Shown here: piece by piece, positions 1 through 12,410 of the stretch
How the letters are laid out: each line of letters starts with the position of its first letter
Position numbering within the stretch: the stretch's first letter is position 1
Source: Sminthopsis crassicaudata
Lineage: Eukaryota
NCBI RefSeq assembly: GCF_048593235.1
Contig: NC_133618.1
Location: 58,438,478-58,502,477, forward strand
Direction: 5' to 3'
DNA: 64,000 nt
Translations under genes and position numbers: made by a program
The notes under the pieces: model-generated
Databases searched by the model: none
Told to the model about the DNA's origin: nothing
Seen by the model: only the letters and a program-made list of their open reading frames with translations

Positions 1-194
1 TGAGAAAAATCTCTCCTTCTATCCTCTCCCCCCTAAACTTATACTTTTTGAATTCAATGACCTTTCCAGCTCAAAATTCATGTTCCTATAAAATTCTCAT
101 ACCTCTATTGGAATAGAAAACACGAGAATGAACAGATATAACCAGGAAATGTGTGTGGGATAGAGGAACTTAAACTCTAGTGGCTATTTTCCCG

Positions 195-450
195 GGGTTG
201 TACTGGAGTTAACTCAAACTAGCCTTGGAGAGCTGATTGCTAAATTTCCAATGTGATCATTTACACCTTAGTAATCAGGAAATGCTACAAATCCTGGACT
301 AATTTATTCTTTTGTTGATTTTCTAAACTTAAGAAAATATTGGTGAAAATGTTAATGATGCAGATTAAACTTAAAAGCATGTTGGGCATTCATTTTTTTT
401 TTTTTCAGAGAGCTGGTTGTAAACACTTAAACATACATTCCTGGCTAAAT
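195..450 (+). mobile_element. hAT-Blackjack MITE (MER63-like)
   Basis: ttgtactggag...gagagctgattgctaaattt...tttacacc...gctacaaatc...cagagagctggttgtaaaca resembles the MER63 ends. Confidence 0.55.
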
Positions 451-764
451 ACCAGCTGATATCCCTTTCTGCCTTTCAGATTCATGCTTACTGCTGTCCT
501 AAGGAGATGCTAATGTCATTGCTGATCTGGATATGTTATTAACCTATAAGCTTCTGTATTGTAAGCTGTTCTTGTCCATAATATTAGGCGATTCTCTCTG
601 CTGCATCCTCACCTGCTTTTGTTCCCTGACACTTTGATTTACAGGCTTCTCCTCGGGATGCTCTCCTCCCTAGGCTGCACTGCTGATTCTCAGGACTTTC
701 TCTGCCATACTATAGAAATTTCTTTGCCTGGAAGTTTACTTTGCTTTTGAACTTCTCACATAGA

Positions 765-1197
765 AAACCTGGGAAGACTTATGATACAAAGTGAAATGAG
801 CAGAATCAGGGAAACATTGTACACAGTAACATCAATACATTATAATAAACTGATGAATGACTTAGTATTTTCAGCAAAGAGCCAAAACAATTCTGAAGGA
901 TTTATGATGAAAAATGCTATTAATTTCCAGAGAAAGAACTGATCTAGTAAATGTAGATTAAAACATACTTTTTAAAAAACTGTCTTTATTATTCTTGTGT
1001 GGTTGGTTTTTTAAATGAATTTTCTTTTGCAATATGGCTAATATGGAAATGTTTTGCAAGATGGCACATATGTAATTTATATCAAATTGCTTGCCTTCTT
1101 GAGGAGGCAGGATGGGAGGAACTTTGGAATTAAATTTTTTTTAAATATTAAAATTTTTGTTTATATATTATTGAGAAAAAAATTAAATAAAAAATAA
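765..1197 (+). mobile_element. Old marsupial L1 3' end
   Basis: gaagactta...gtgaaatgagcagaatcagg...acattgtacacagtaaca...A-rich tail. Confidence 0.7.
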
Positions 1198-1409
1198 TAT
1201 GACATCTGTATCTAAACATAACTGTCAGGAACACTACAAGCCAAACATGAGTTCAAACCAGAATAATCTTATTTTCTGTTTTGATAAGGTTGCTAGGTTC
1301 ATGCTTTAAGGGCATTAAGAGAATGCAATATGCCTAATTTTAAAAAAGATATTTGTTGAACAAGTTATTTATTATGAGGTGAAGAGATCTGGGCTAGATG
1401 AAAGTTAAT

Positions 1410-1480
1410 TTTATATCTAACAGAATTTATGTCTAACAGATATTTAACACAATTTTATATCTAACAGAATTTATATCTAA
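1410..1480. repeat. Short degenerate tandem repeat, unit about TTTATATCTAACAGAA
   Basis: About four imperfect copies visible. Confidence 0.7.
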
Positions 1481-1549
1481 TAAAACTAACCCTAATTCCA
1501 TTTCTAACCCTGCTTATAATTCTGTTTCTCTCAATACGCATTTATTTTT

Positions 1550-1975
1550 AAATTTTTTCTAATTATAGCTTTTTATTTATAAGATTTATGCATGGGTAAT
1601 TTTTTAGCATTGACAATTGCAAAACCTTTTGTTCCAATTTTTTCCCTCCTTCCCTTCATCCCCTCTCCCAGATGGCAGGTAGACCAATACATGTTAAATA
1701 TGTTAAAGTATATGTTAAATACAATATAAGTATATATACCCATATAGTTATTTTGCTGCACAAAAAGTATCGGACTTTGAAATAGTGTTCAATTAACCTG
1801 TGAAGGAAATAAAAAATGCAAGCGGACAAAAATAAAGGAATTGGGAATTCTACGTAGTGGTTCATACTCATCTCCCAGAGTTCTTTCGCTGGGTGTAGCT
1901 GGTTCTATTCATTATTGAACAAATGGAATTCATTGTTGAAGAGAGCCATGTCCATCAGAATTGATCATCTTATAG
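1550..1975 (-). mobile_element. Marsupial L1 3' end
   Basis: Same family as the 37150 and 40863 copies (tagctttttatt...catgggtaattttt...agatggcaggtag). Confidence 0.8.
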
Positions 1976-2059
1976 TTCAATACACATTTATTAAATGCAT
2001 ATTTTGTGCTAGGCACTAGGAATACAAGACAAAAATGAAACAGGATAATAACGTTTGGT

Positions 2060-2345
2060 ACTACTTTAGGCATTTTCCCTTCTCATCTTTGCTTTCTGGC
2101 TTCCCTTATTTTCTTTAAGTCCCAACTAAAATCCTATCTTCTACAGAAAATTTTTTCCCAACCCTTCTTAATTTTAGTACCTTCTCTCTTTTAATTATTT
2201 CCTATTTATCATCAGTATTGTTAATTTGTACATCTTTGTTTGCTTGTAGTCTTCCCCATTAGAATGTAAGCTCTGATGAAAGCAAAGATTGTCTGTGGTC
2301 TTTTTTTGTATACAATATAGTTATTGCCTAATATATGTTTATTGA
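2060..2345 (+). mobile_element. L2 3' end
   Basis: aagtcccaactaaaatcctatcttctacag...attagaatgtaagctc. Confidence 0.65.
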
Positions 2346-4084
2346 CAATTAACTTAATCTCTTAGGAGGAAGGTATTTGGAAGTCCTATAGATATGTGAA
2401 TCATAATTATTATGTACAGACTCTTCTCAAAACTCCTTTATAGGATCATAGATTCAGAGTTTGAAGAAGCTCCAGACTTAATCTCATCCAGGTTCTTAAC
2501 CCTTTTTGTGTCATGAAGTCTTTTAGCAGTCTATGAATGCCTTCTCACATTGTTTTTAAATGTACTAGGTAGTCCCAGTTCCCAAAGTCCATTGGTAGGG
2601 GAGGTGAGTGCCTTGCCTTCCATGACAAGCGGGATGGAGTTGGTGATGAAAAAGCTTCTTGATGTTCTTCAAGTGTCAAGTTGCTTTGGATGCTTCTGGC
2701 CTCTAGCTTCAGAGGGAAATAGAAGAGGCTAACTCCACTTCAGATTGCTGAAGGAAAGGACTCTGGGAGAACCTGAGAGGAGCTGACAATCTCCTTTCTG
2801 TCCCTATCCCCACTCTCAATACTTCCTGGAGTTTCCCCCTGCATGAGATCTGAACTTAGTTAAGCTAAGTTATCTTGCTCCCAATGGCAGAGCTCCTTCG
2901 TTCTGCATTATCTAGTATATATTCTCCTTTGTATTGCTTCTCTGATTTGTGCTTTGCTGCTTATCTGGATAAATGGTTACCTGCTCTAGATATGTGGAAA
3001 AGGAGTCAATTCTTAATGATAAAACTTGAGGTCTTCCTTCCCCCCAATAATAACTCAGACAGCAGAAGCTGGATGGAATCTGGCCATATCCTTGAGACTA
3101 AAAATATTTATGGGAACAGAGAGATATAATTCTAGTCAGATACTCCCTCTCTCTGAGGAGAGCAGAGTGACCTCTGGTCACAATCTCCTGCTTCCTCTCC
3201 TGGCAGGAATTAAAGTCCCTCAGGGAAGGGGAAGGGAAAAGGTGGCTATTCTGCCTTCCTTCAAACTATGTGATACCCCCATACTACATAGGAGAGACAG
3301 CCTTTGCCATATGTGGGACCTTATTACATGTGAGGCATCTCTATACATAAAATGTTCAGTGATTTCAGTTGTGCTTACTCTTTGTGATCCTATTGGGGGT
3401 TTTCTTGGCAAAAATCTTTGCTTCTCCCTCTCCAGCTCATTTTACTGATGAGGAATTGAAGTAAACAGTTTTAAGGGACTTGCTCAGGGTCCCACAGCTA
3501 ATAAATGAAGCTGGATTCAAACTCGGTCTTCCTAAAATAAAATCAACTCTATCATAATACATTCATTAAAAAAACATTTTTTTTTTTAAAGTTCACTGAC
3601 TCCAAGTTAAGAATCCTGAATTCTAGTCAGTGTTATGTAGGTGAAAGAACCGTGGACCTGGGTGATGCTATTTAACACGTGTGGAACCTTGAGAAAAGCA
3701 TAACTTTTCTCATCTATAAAATTAAAATGTTAATTGATGGTTGTGGTGAGGTGAGCTGAGGATCTTTTTACAGGTGAGGTGAGGACCAGCAAAGATAAGG
3801 GACTTCTCTAAGTTTATATTTGTATATAGTTAATAAATAGCAGATCTGGGATCGTGCAATCCCAATGCCTCTGATTCCACTTTATGCTTCTGTTATAGTG
3901 TCCTTTCTCTCTTTCCAAGTGTGGGAGGAAACTAGAAATATGTGCATGAGAGTGAGAGAGGAACAGCCAGTTTTCCCAGAGATAGCAAAAAAGTGACAGC
4001 ATCCTTGGGGGTGGGGTAGGTGAGGAGGAGTCACATGAAGGTGAGGAGTCAAAATCTGTATTGAGAAAAGTTTGGCTGTGCATA

Positions 4085-4775
4085 CCTTTTGATCCAGCAG
4101 TCTCACTACTAACTCTATCCCAAAGAGATCATAAAAAGGCAAAAGGTCCCACAAGTGCAAAAATGTTTGTGGCAATCCTTTTTGTAATGGAAACTGAGTC
4201 CATCAGTTGGGGGAATGGTTGAATAAGTTGTGGTATATGAATGTAATGGATTATTATTGTTCTATAAGAAAGAATGATTTCAGAAAGGCCTGGAGAGACT
4301 CACATGAACTGATGCTGAGTGAAGTGGCTAGAACTAAGTACTGAGCAACAAGATTATGTGATGATTGAGTCTTATGGACGTGGCTCTTCTCAACAATGAG
4401 GGGATTCAGGCCAATTCCCACAGACTCGGGATGGAAAGAGTCATGTGCATCCAGAGAGAGAAATATGGAGACTGAATGTGGATAAAAGCATGGTATTTTC
4501 ACCATTTGTTGTTGTTGTTGTTTTTCCCTCCTTCTTTGTGTTTTTTTTTCCCCTTTTGATTTTTCTTGAACAAGCATGACAAACATAGCAATATATTTAG
4601 AAGAATTGCGCATCTTTAGCCTAAATTGAATTACTTGCTGATAGGGGAGGGGGAAAGGGGAGAAAGAAGGGAAAAAATGTCCAACACAAGATTTTGCAGA
4701 GGTGAATGTTGAAAACTATCTATGCATGTATTTTGAAAAATAAGAAGCTATTATCATTATTAAAACAAACAAACA
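4085..4775 (+). mobile_element. Marsupial L1 3' end
   Basis: gcagtctcactact...ccaaagagatcat...aaggcctggagagactcacatgaactgatgctgagtgaa...A-rich tail. Confidence 0.82.
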
Positions 4776-4779
4776 AACA

Positions 4780-4916
4780 GGGGCAGCTAGGTGGCATTGT
4801 AGATAGAGCACCAGCCCTGAAGTCAGGAGGACCTGAGTTCAAATGTGGTCTCAGACACTTAACACTTCCTAGCTTCGTGACACTTCCTAATACTTCCCTG
4901 GGCAAATCACTTAGCC
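4780..4916 (+). mobile_element. WSINE1-type CORE-SINE, truncated by the gap
   Basis: gggcagctaggtggc...gagttcaaat...gacacttaacacttcctagc...gggcaa.tcactta. Confidence 0.85.
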
Positions 4917-5061
4917 NNNNNNNNNNNNNNNNNNNNNNNNNNNNNNNNNNNNNNNNNNNNNNNNNNNNNNNNNNNNNNNNNNNNNNNNNNNNNNNNNNNN
5001 NNNNNNNNNNNNNNNNNNNNNNNNNNNNNNNNNNNNNNNNNNNNNNNNNNNNNNNNNNNNN
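4917..5061. other. Assembly gap (145 N) cutting a SINE 3' tail
   Basis: Run of N. Confidence 0.99.
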
Positions 5062-6699
5062 AAAAGAGGAAGGAAATTAAGAGCCCCAAGCAGGCCACAC
5101 CAAACCAAACCTTACTATTTGTTCCTCCTCATCTTATCATCTTCCTCCCATCCCCACCTCCTGCTTCCCCCAAGTCTCTAGTCTCTAGCCAGAGGAGGCT
5201 AGTCTGAGAGTAGATTCTCTAAGGCTCTGGCTGCCCTGAGAGGTAGTTAGGGATCATGGGGGCTGGCTGAGGGGAAGGAAGGAAAGAAATTGGGATCTAA
5301 ATAACTGACCCAAAGAGCTCAGGCTCCTTCTTTCAAGACTTGATGTTGTATGGAACTTTGCTATCAGCCTCCATTTTCTCCTCCATAAAATGAGGCATTC
5401 TAGGGGAGACTGGATAATCTGCCATTTATTCTGTGCCTGCTCTATGTAAGGCAGGCGTTATCTTGAGCTTTGGAGATAGAAAGATATGCCATTTTTTCTT
5501 TTTCACTTCCTGAGCTTTGGAGGAAGAGGCAGGCTTCCTCTTTGCCAAAGATCCCTTTTCACCCAAGAAATTTTTACATGACTTCAGGTATATAGGTACA
5601 TAAAATATGTATGAAAATAAAACATTTACTGATAATAAATCAATAAATCATCACTGCCATATTGACAGTTCCTAAAGTTGGTGTTACCTTATCAATCAAT
5701 TCTTGAAGCTCAATGGCTCCCTTCTATCCCTAGGTTAAGATAAAAGGTGAATCCTCTGTTTTAAGGCCAAATTAACAAGCATTTATTTAAGCACTACATG
5801 CCTAACACTATACTCAATTGGGACTACAGACTGAAGAAAAAAGAAATTTAAAAATTAAAAAAAAGAAAAAACAGTCCTTGATCTCAGGGAGCTTAGCTTC
5901 TCCAGCTTCTAAAAGGGAACAGAAAAGTGAAGAAACAAGGTCGGGGAATGGAGGAAAAGATGCAATCTTGTCTAGCTTATTTCTCTAGACTTATTACGTA
6001 CTAATGCCCCTCACACATTCTTTGTTTCTGCCAGGCTCCTTTATCATAAACGACCCGGCGTCTCCTACCTTTCCATGTTCCTAGGTTGCTATCCCTGATC
6101 AAATGGACCTCTGCTGCTTGGAATTCCTAAGTCCCTTCAAAGCTAAGCTCGTTCCTATGAGCCTTTTCTTCTCCCCTGGTTTTATTACCCTACAACCTAT
6201 AAAAGAACAGTATTTTGTACTTTGGTATAAAGATTGCATTGAGTTTCCAGATTTTTTTTGGGGGGGGGGGGGCAGTGTGATGCATGATGCATAGTAAGCC
6301 TTTATAAATGGTTTTTGAACTGAATTAAATCGAAGCCAAATTAAAATTTTCTGATCTCAAAGAACTCACATTCTGGAATGTAGTTCTGGATCTTCTCTCA
6401 AGCTCCAACTTTACTCTTGAGAGAAGCCAGAGCAAGAAAAAAAAGCTCCTTAGCCAGTAAAAAGCTTCCTCGAAACCCCTAGAGATTATCTGACGCACAG
6501 CCTGACACATATTCTTTCAGAAGGATGAGGCGGGGGCTGAGCATTTCTCATTTCCCCTTTTTGGACCACCTGCCCTTCCCCTCCCCCGGTTCCCCGGACA
6601 CCCCACTGGGAGGATGCTGGGTGCCTGCTCTGTCTCCACTCCTAGCCCACCTGGAGGAGTGATCCATTGCCTGTAAAGAGGAGGGGGCGAACACAAGAA

Positions 6700-7420
6700 C
6701 CCCAGCAAGCCTCCTGTCTCCCCCCCCCCCCCCCCCCCCCCCCCCCCCGCGTGCCCATCGTACACATGGGCCTCCCCTGGATAGCCCGAAGCAGAGAATA
6801 CACAAGCTCTGTGTGTGCAGTCCCAGACCCCTCCGTTTCTCTAACTGGGACTTCACTCGCTTATCTGGGTGGGTGGGTGGGTGGGGCGGGTAGGGCCCGA
6901 GGAAGGGCTGGCTGGGGGCGGAGCTGTTTTTCCGGGCACGATCTGAGAGGGGGACGCAGGTGGCTTATGACCACGTGACTCCGGTCCGCGCCTTCAGCCC
7001 GCTAGTGTGCGCGTGGGGGCTGGGAAACGGGACTGCCCGCTGAGGATGGGCCAGTTTAGCCCGAGTTTGCGGCCGCTGGGCCCGGCGGGAGAGCCCAGTT
7101 GTCTCCTCTCCAGACATGTAGGAGGGCCCCCAGCTGTACTAACAGACAAAACTTATTCCCACGTTCCCTGAGTTTCCTAGGAATGCTAGCCAGCCAGGCG
7201 AGAACTGGGCCCCACACTGAGAAGCCCAGCGGGTCGGGGTGGGGGAACCAAGCCTCTGGCCAGTAACCCCCCAGTCCGGCCTCCTCCTAGGTGGGGAAGG
7301 CTGGGCTGGGACCGGGCCGCGTAAAAAAACCAAAAAGCTCTGCAGACACGGTTAGGGACATGAGATGGGGAGCCACGGCATCCTTTCTCCAGCCACCCCG
7401 CCCAGCATTGGAAGACTCTC
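6700..7420. promoter_or_regulatory. CpG-rich promoter-like element with GC boxes, a GATA site, a GTCACGTG E-box and a G4 motif
   Basis: GGGGCGGG 6883-6890, GGGGCGGAG 6915-6923, GACCACGTGACT 6969-6980, CTTATCT 6860-6866, (GGGT)4 6867-6882, visibly elevated CpG. Confidence 0.65.
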
Positions 7421-9611
7421 TCCTCCCCAAGAGCTAGAGCTTCGGGTTTCGTGGTTGGAAGAAACGGGAAAAAGCTTCAGGCTTTCTGGCTGATGCCCTT
7501 TTAACGTCCTTCCCAGAGAGATTAAAGTTCCGGCCACTGGGATGAGCACACTAGCCCGGGCAGAAACCCTTTCTTCCCACTAGCGGAGCAGGACAGAGGG
7601 AGGATGACCTACTTCTACGTCCCCAGCAAAGCAGTATTAGGGTATCTCCAAAAGAGCGATTAGAGAGCTCTAGGGTGCTGGGCCGAGCTTTGGGATCCCG
7701 AATCGAATTTTGGGGTACCGGACCGGGCTCTGTTTAGTTTTCTTTGAAGGAAGGTGGGGTGAAGGTGCCGTTCTCCATGAGTCTCTTTGTAGGTGCAGTT
7801 AACAGTCAATATTTATTAAACATCCACGATGTGCCAAGTACAGCGTTAAGCCCTGGGGATATAAAGGAAGGCGAGATAGTTCCTGCCTTTCTGGGGCTTC
7901 TAGAAGGAAGACAACACTTAAGGGGTGGGGGAGGGGACGAGATGGTACCCGGCGTGGGGGCACGATGAACTCCCGGAAGCTGGTGAGGTGTGACGATGGC
8001 CTGGGATGTGATCACAGGCTAGATTTCCCCCCCCCCCCCTCCAAGCAAACCAAAAAGTATTTACCCTCCACCCTGATCAAATTCGGAAAAAGGAGGCTCT
8101 GGAGGCCGGTAATCCAGGTGTCCTCTCCAATGCTTAGCCACTGAGGGAATTTAGATCATCCCCAACTCCATCCAACTCCTTCCTCATTAGGGTGCTCAGG
8201 GGGACAGAGGCTATTATGTATACTGGTTACTTTGGCTGCTGCCTGAGCCCTGGGAAATGAACCTACTAGCATTGAATAGAGCTGGAATTTATAATCTAAT
8301 TCAAGGTTTTCTCCCTCCCTGTAGCAAACCTCCTCCTCCTAACCCCCATTTGACAGATAAGGAACCTGACTCAGAGCGGTCCAAGGTTTACCAGAAGGCC
8401 ACAGAACTAGAATATAGGAGCCTCCCCCCCAAATTGAGTCAAACTGACCAATCTGAAGCTTGGACATTTTCCTGGCCTGCCAAGGGCCAGGAATGACTGT
8501 CTGCCTTCTGTATGTATCATCAGTTTAGTCTCCACTGTTATCCATCATCTTAGGCGTTGATTGGAGCGGGACCCTAGCTCCCAAAACATCTAGACAGACA
8601 TTTTTTCAGTACACAGGACATATTCTGAAAGACTTGTGAAAGCCTTTACAAATATGAGATCTTATTTAAATGTGAAATATAGCTCAGGAGTAAACAAATT
8701 TCTGTCAATTATCGAAGTAAACCTGCAGGTAGTAGCAGAGGAGACCCATCCTGGGTATGTAGGACGGGGACAATAAGCATTATGAGAGTTAGCCTGTTTA
8801 AGCCGGGAGAAGGGGGGGGATAGGTGGGTTTTGTTTAAGCAAAGAAGAGATGAGTTAAGTTGGGGCTCCCCTCCTCCCAGTGGGCTGTAGGGGTGGGGAC
8901 CTTGTTTATACTTTAGGAAGCTGGGGTGGCTGATTTGACAGGATGACCTTTAAAAAGAACCTTACCACCCCCTCCTTGGCCAAGAGTGTGGGAGGCAGCA
9001 CAAGATGTGGTCAGAGATGTTTGTTTCTTACTGGGAGGAAATTAATGAGAACCTGCCACTTCCTTCCAGGTTGGGCAGCCAATCTTGCAGGAGGAACCCA
9101 GGGACTTGGGGAACTGAAGGGTGGGGGCACAGGACCCAAGGCCAGAGCCCACAAGTTCTTCTTGGAGTGCTCCAGGGTGTATGCCCCCCTTTCCACAGGA
9201 ACTGCACAGGTCTTGGAGCTTGGAAGTTACTCCTGCACTATTGTTTGCTTCCTTCTCTTGGAAGCAGACCTCAATCAGTATTCTCTGGTCCTGTAAGAGT
9301 TGCTGAATACAGGCCATACCCCCCCCCCCCCAGTTCCACATGTGCAGGATTTCCCCAGATTTCTTATTTAATTCAAATCCATTGACCACGACCACAGTCC
9401 ATTATCCTTACCCACACAGTTCCCTAAAACCCTGGGAAGCGGATGGAATATGCACATTAGCCCCTGTGACCCCAAGGCACCCATCCTTCTCCACTCTACT
9501 TATGGGAGCCAGCCCGAGGCTTAGCCGGAGCCATTGGCCACATCACATCCCAGCACCCTCTCCAAGGAAATCTCCAGCAAGTGAAGTGCTGGGCCAAGCA
9601 GGAAACAAACC

Positions 9612-10111
9612 TACTAGTCGATACTGTATTTTGTCAAGAGCTTTTTTTCTGCATCTAGTGAATGACTTGTTTTCGTCCTGAATCCATGATGCTTAAAAAT
9701 TTTCCTATTATTGAATAAGTCCTGCATTCCTGGAATGAATCCAGTTTGGTCATAGCATATGATCTTCCTGATATATTGGTATTTATTAAAAATGTTTGGA
9801 TCAATATTCATAAGGGAAGTCTGCCTAGAATTTTGACTCTTCAGAGTTTAAGAGATCAAATTTATGTCATACACTTTTTATCTGTTATTTTTCACAGTTT
9901 ATGTAATTTTGAAACTAATTCTTTAGATATTTGGTAAAATTAGCTTGCAAATCCATCCAGTTCTGGGTTGTTTTTTTTCCCTTAGGATATTAATATATGG
10001 CTTGTTGAATTTTTTTTTCTAAGAATTATTTAAATATCCTATTTTCTCTTTTGTTAATCTGGACAATTTATACATTTTACATAAATTTACATAAATTTGG
10101 ACAATTTATAC

Positions 10112-10163
<52 letters not shown>

Positions 10164-10540
10164 GAGGCTGGGGTTAAGTGACTTGCCCAGGGTCACACAG
10201 CTAGGAAGTGTTAAGTGTCTGAGACCAGATTTGAACTCGGGTCCTCCTGAATTCAGGGCTGGTGCTCTATCCACTGCGCAACCTAGCTGCCCCTGGACAA
10301 TTTATATTTTTGCAAATATTAATCCACTTTATTGAGATTTTAAGTTTTATTAGCAGATAAGCCAAATAGTTCCTAATAATTGCTTTTATTTTTTTCCTAA
10401 TTGTGAATTCACCTTTTTAATTTTTGATACTGGTATCTGTTTTATTTTTTAAATCAAATTAGCCAATGGTTTATCTATTTTATTTTTAAAAAGTAATTCC
10501 TAGTTTTATTAGGCCAATGGGTTTATTTTCAATTTTACTA
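9612..10540 (-). mobile_element. Degraded L1 ORF2 fragment, interrupted by a SINE
   Basis: ORF 9614..9811 MNIDPNIFNK...DQTGFIPGMQDLFNNRK resembles the L1 RT region (MNIDAKILNK...DQVGFIPGMQGWFNIRK). Confidence 0.8.
10111..10293 (-). mobile_element. Young WSINE1-type SINE with a (TA)n/T tail, inserted in an L1 fragment
   Basis: Full-length body; flanking direct repeat TGGACAATTTATA at 10098-10110 and 10294-10306. Confidence 0.9.
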
Positions 10541-10809
10541 TTCTCTCCTCTGGGCAGCCTCTACTTCTACTAAGTATTTGCCTTGAGACCTTGTGAAATG
10601 GATAGTTGGAAGTCTCACTTTCCTCTCAGGTGGCCTAATGAGATTAGTGACTTTCACCTGCACACAGGCATGGAGTCCCAAGAGGGGCTCAAAGCTGGGC
10701 TTCTTTCTATCTCCAGCCACTACAAAGGTTCTCAAAAGTCTGCAGTGTCTTTTTCCAGTTGTGTTCCAAAGATCATTTTTACCTTCAATTTATCAGTGTT
10801 CCTATTAGT

Positions 10810-10840
<31 letters not shown>

Positions 10841-10880
10841 CCATGGGTTTTGTGCACATAGGAAGGCATTATTAACTTTC

Positions 10881-10886
10881 TTTAAT
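10881..10886 (-). terminator. Candidate DUS2 polyadenylation signal ATTAAA with a downstream T27 tract (10810-10836)
   Basis: First AATAAA/ATTAAA hexamer I could find on the minus strand after the stop codon; implies a 3'UTR of about 1.1-1.2 kb. Confidence 0.35.
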
Positions 10887-12048
10887 TCTCTTCTTGGATA
10901 CAACCCACCCAAACGATCTTCCTCAAGGAAAGACCGAAAGGAGGTAAAGAAGGCATGAATACTCCCCACCCTTCCATGGGTGGCTCCCAATTCCCCCAGC
11001 ATCATCTGGAGCTGCAGGAGGGTGCTTGTCCGGCTATGTGCTCCAAGGGCTGCTCTCGTTCTGACCATCATCTATCTGTCTATTCCCAGGGCCTCCCAAT
11101 TAGCAGCTGCAAAGATGGCTAATGGCAGCCAACTACCACTGCAATCACATTCCCTAAGTAGATACATTTCACTTGCTCCAACTGTGTGTGTATAAATGTG
11201 TGTGAGTGTGTGTATGGTCTGTGAGGAAGGAGGAAAGGCAGAAAATCTTTTGCTCTTTCCCCACCTGGACCTGAGGCAAGGAGTAAGAACCCCATTAATT
11301 TGGGTCCTCAGAGGTCTGGAAGACCCTGTTTAGAGACACCGAAGGAAGGCCTTTTTTGTGTTTCCAGTAGCCTCAGGGAGGGCTGAGATACTTAGAGGGC
11401 TGAAGGCTGAACTCAGTGGAGAGGGGTGTCTTTACTGAGGAAAGCAGAAAAGGCGGCTCTCTGGGATGGTTTGTGCCACAGGGGACAAAATATCAGGAGG
11501 TGCCTGGACTCTGGACTTGTGTTGTCAGCCCCAGACAACAGTTATCCCCTTGTTCCCTCCAACCTCGCCCTCCCCCCAGCTTCAGACACTGTTACTCAGT
11601 GTCCGCCCCCTCCACTCCCTCTGCCTGTCACCAGTGAACATGAAGGTCTTTGGTCACTGGCCTATGCACAGCCTGAAAGCTGCTTCCCACTCCCTCTGGT
11701 GGTGTTCAGACCTGTCTTCTGGAAGGGTAAGCCAGACTTCTCATCTCCACATTCAGCCAAACAGTCCAAGTTGGCTTTCCAGCACCTGGTGAGGTGGGGC
11801 GCGGCAAGTAAGCTGCTCCAAGCCCCAGTTCCTGAACCCCAGGCTCTACCCAGCCTCCACCCCCAGCCCCACTCTTCCAAGAAGACCTAGGGCTTCCCAC
11901 AGGGCTGCTCTGCCTTCTGGAATCCTTGGGGTGGCAAGGGGCATGGTACAAGAATGGGAAGAGTCACAGCCTGTCTGGAACGCTGCTGTTGTTGGTCCCT
12001 AGGGTCAGGTGGGGCTTTTTGTGAGGGGCTCCTCCAGGAAGAGTCTCC

Positions 12049-12198
12049 TCATTCTCTCTGCTTTCCAAAGTTCCCTTTCCTCACCTTGCGCTTGTGCATA
12101 AGGGGACTCTGTGGGTCCTCGAGCTTGCCCTCAGGGAGGCCCAGGCTTCTCAGGCAGACTATGGCTGCAGCTTGCTCCGCCAGCTTCTTGGACTTGTC
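12049..12198 (-). CDS. DUS2: DUS2 last coding exon (DKSKKLAEQAAAIVCLRSLGLPEGKLEDPQSPLMHKRKVRKGNFGKQRE*), apparently frame-disrupted as assembled
   Basis: KSKKLAEQAAAIVCL is the dsRBD helix 2. The acceptor cccctAG is followed directly by GAC, one base short for the phase-2 junction. The stop position is uncertain (see findings). Confidence 0.85.
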   Translation of the reverse strand, partial: DKSKKLAEQAAAIVCLRSLGLPEGKLEDPQSPLMHKRKVRKGNFGKQRE

Positions 12199-12372
12199 CT
12201 AGGGGAGGACCGGGCAGAGTGACAGGTGGTTAAGGCAAAGGTCTCGGGGCCAACCAGAGCGTAGGCCTGGCTCTTCATAGCCCCCGACCTGAAGAAGGAT
12301 GACTTTTCAGGCCCCTTCCCTCCAGGGCCCAACCACCATGGATACCATTCTTGGGCTGCCTCCAGGAGTTCA

Positions 12373-12410
<38 letters not shown>

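Noticed and set aside
4706-5108. ORFs spanning the X run
   Set aside because: They are artefacts of translating through the N gap and a SINE.
11426-11890. 154-aa plus-strand ORF and overlapping ORFs
   Set aside because: No recognisable homology; they lie antisense in the probable DUS2 3'UTR, where GC-rich sequence gives chance ORFs.
1-11900. NFATC3 or other coding exons downstream of DUS2
   Set aside because: I found no recognisable peptide in any frame.
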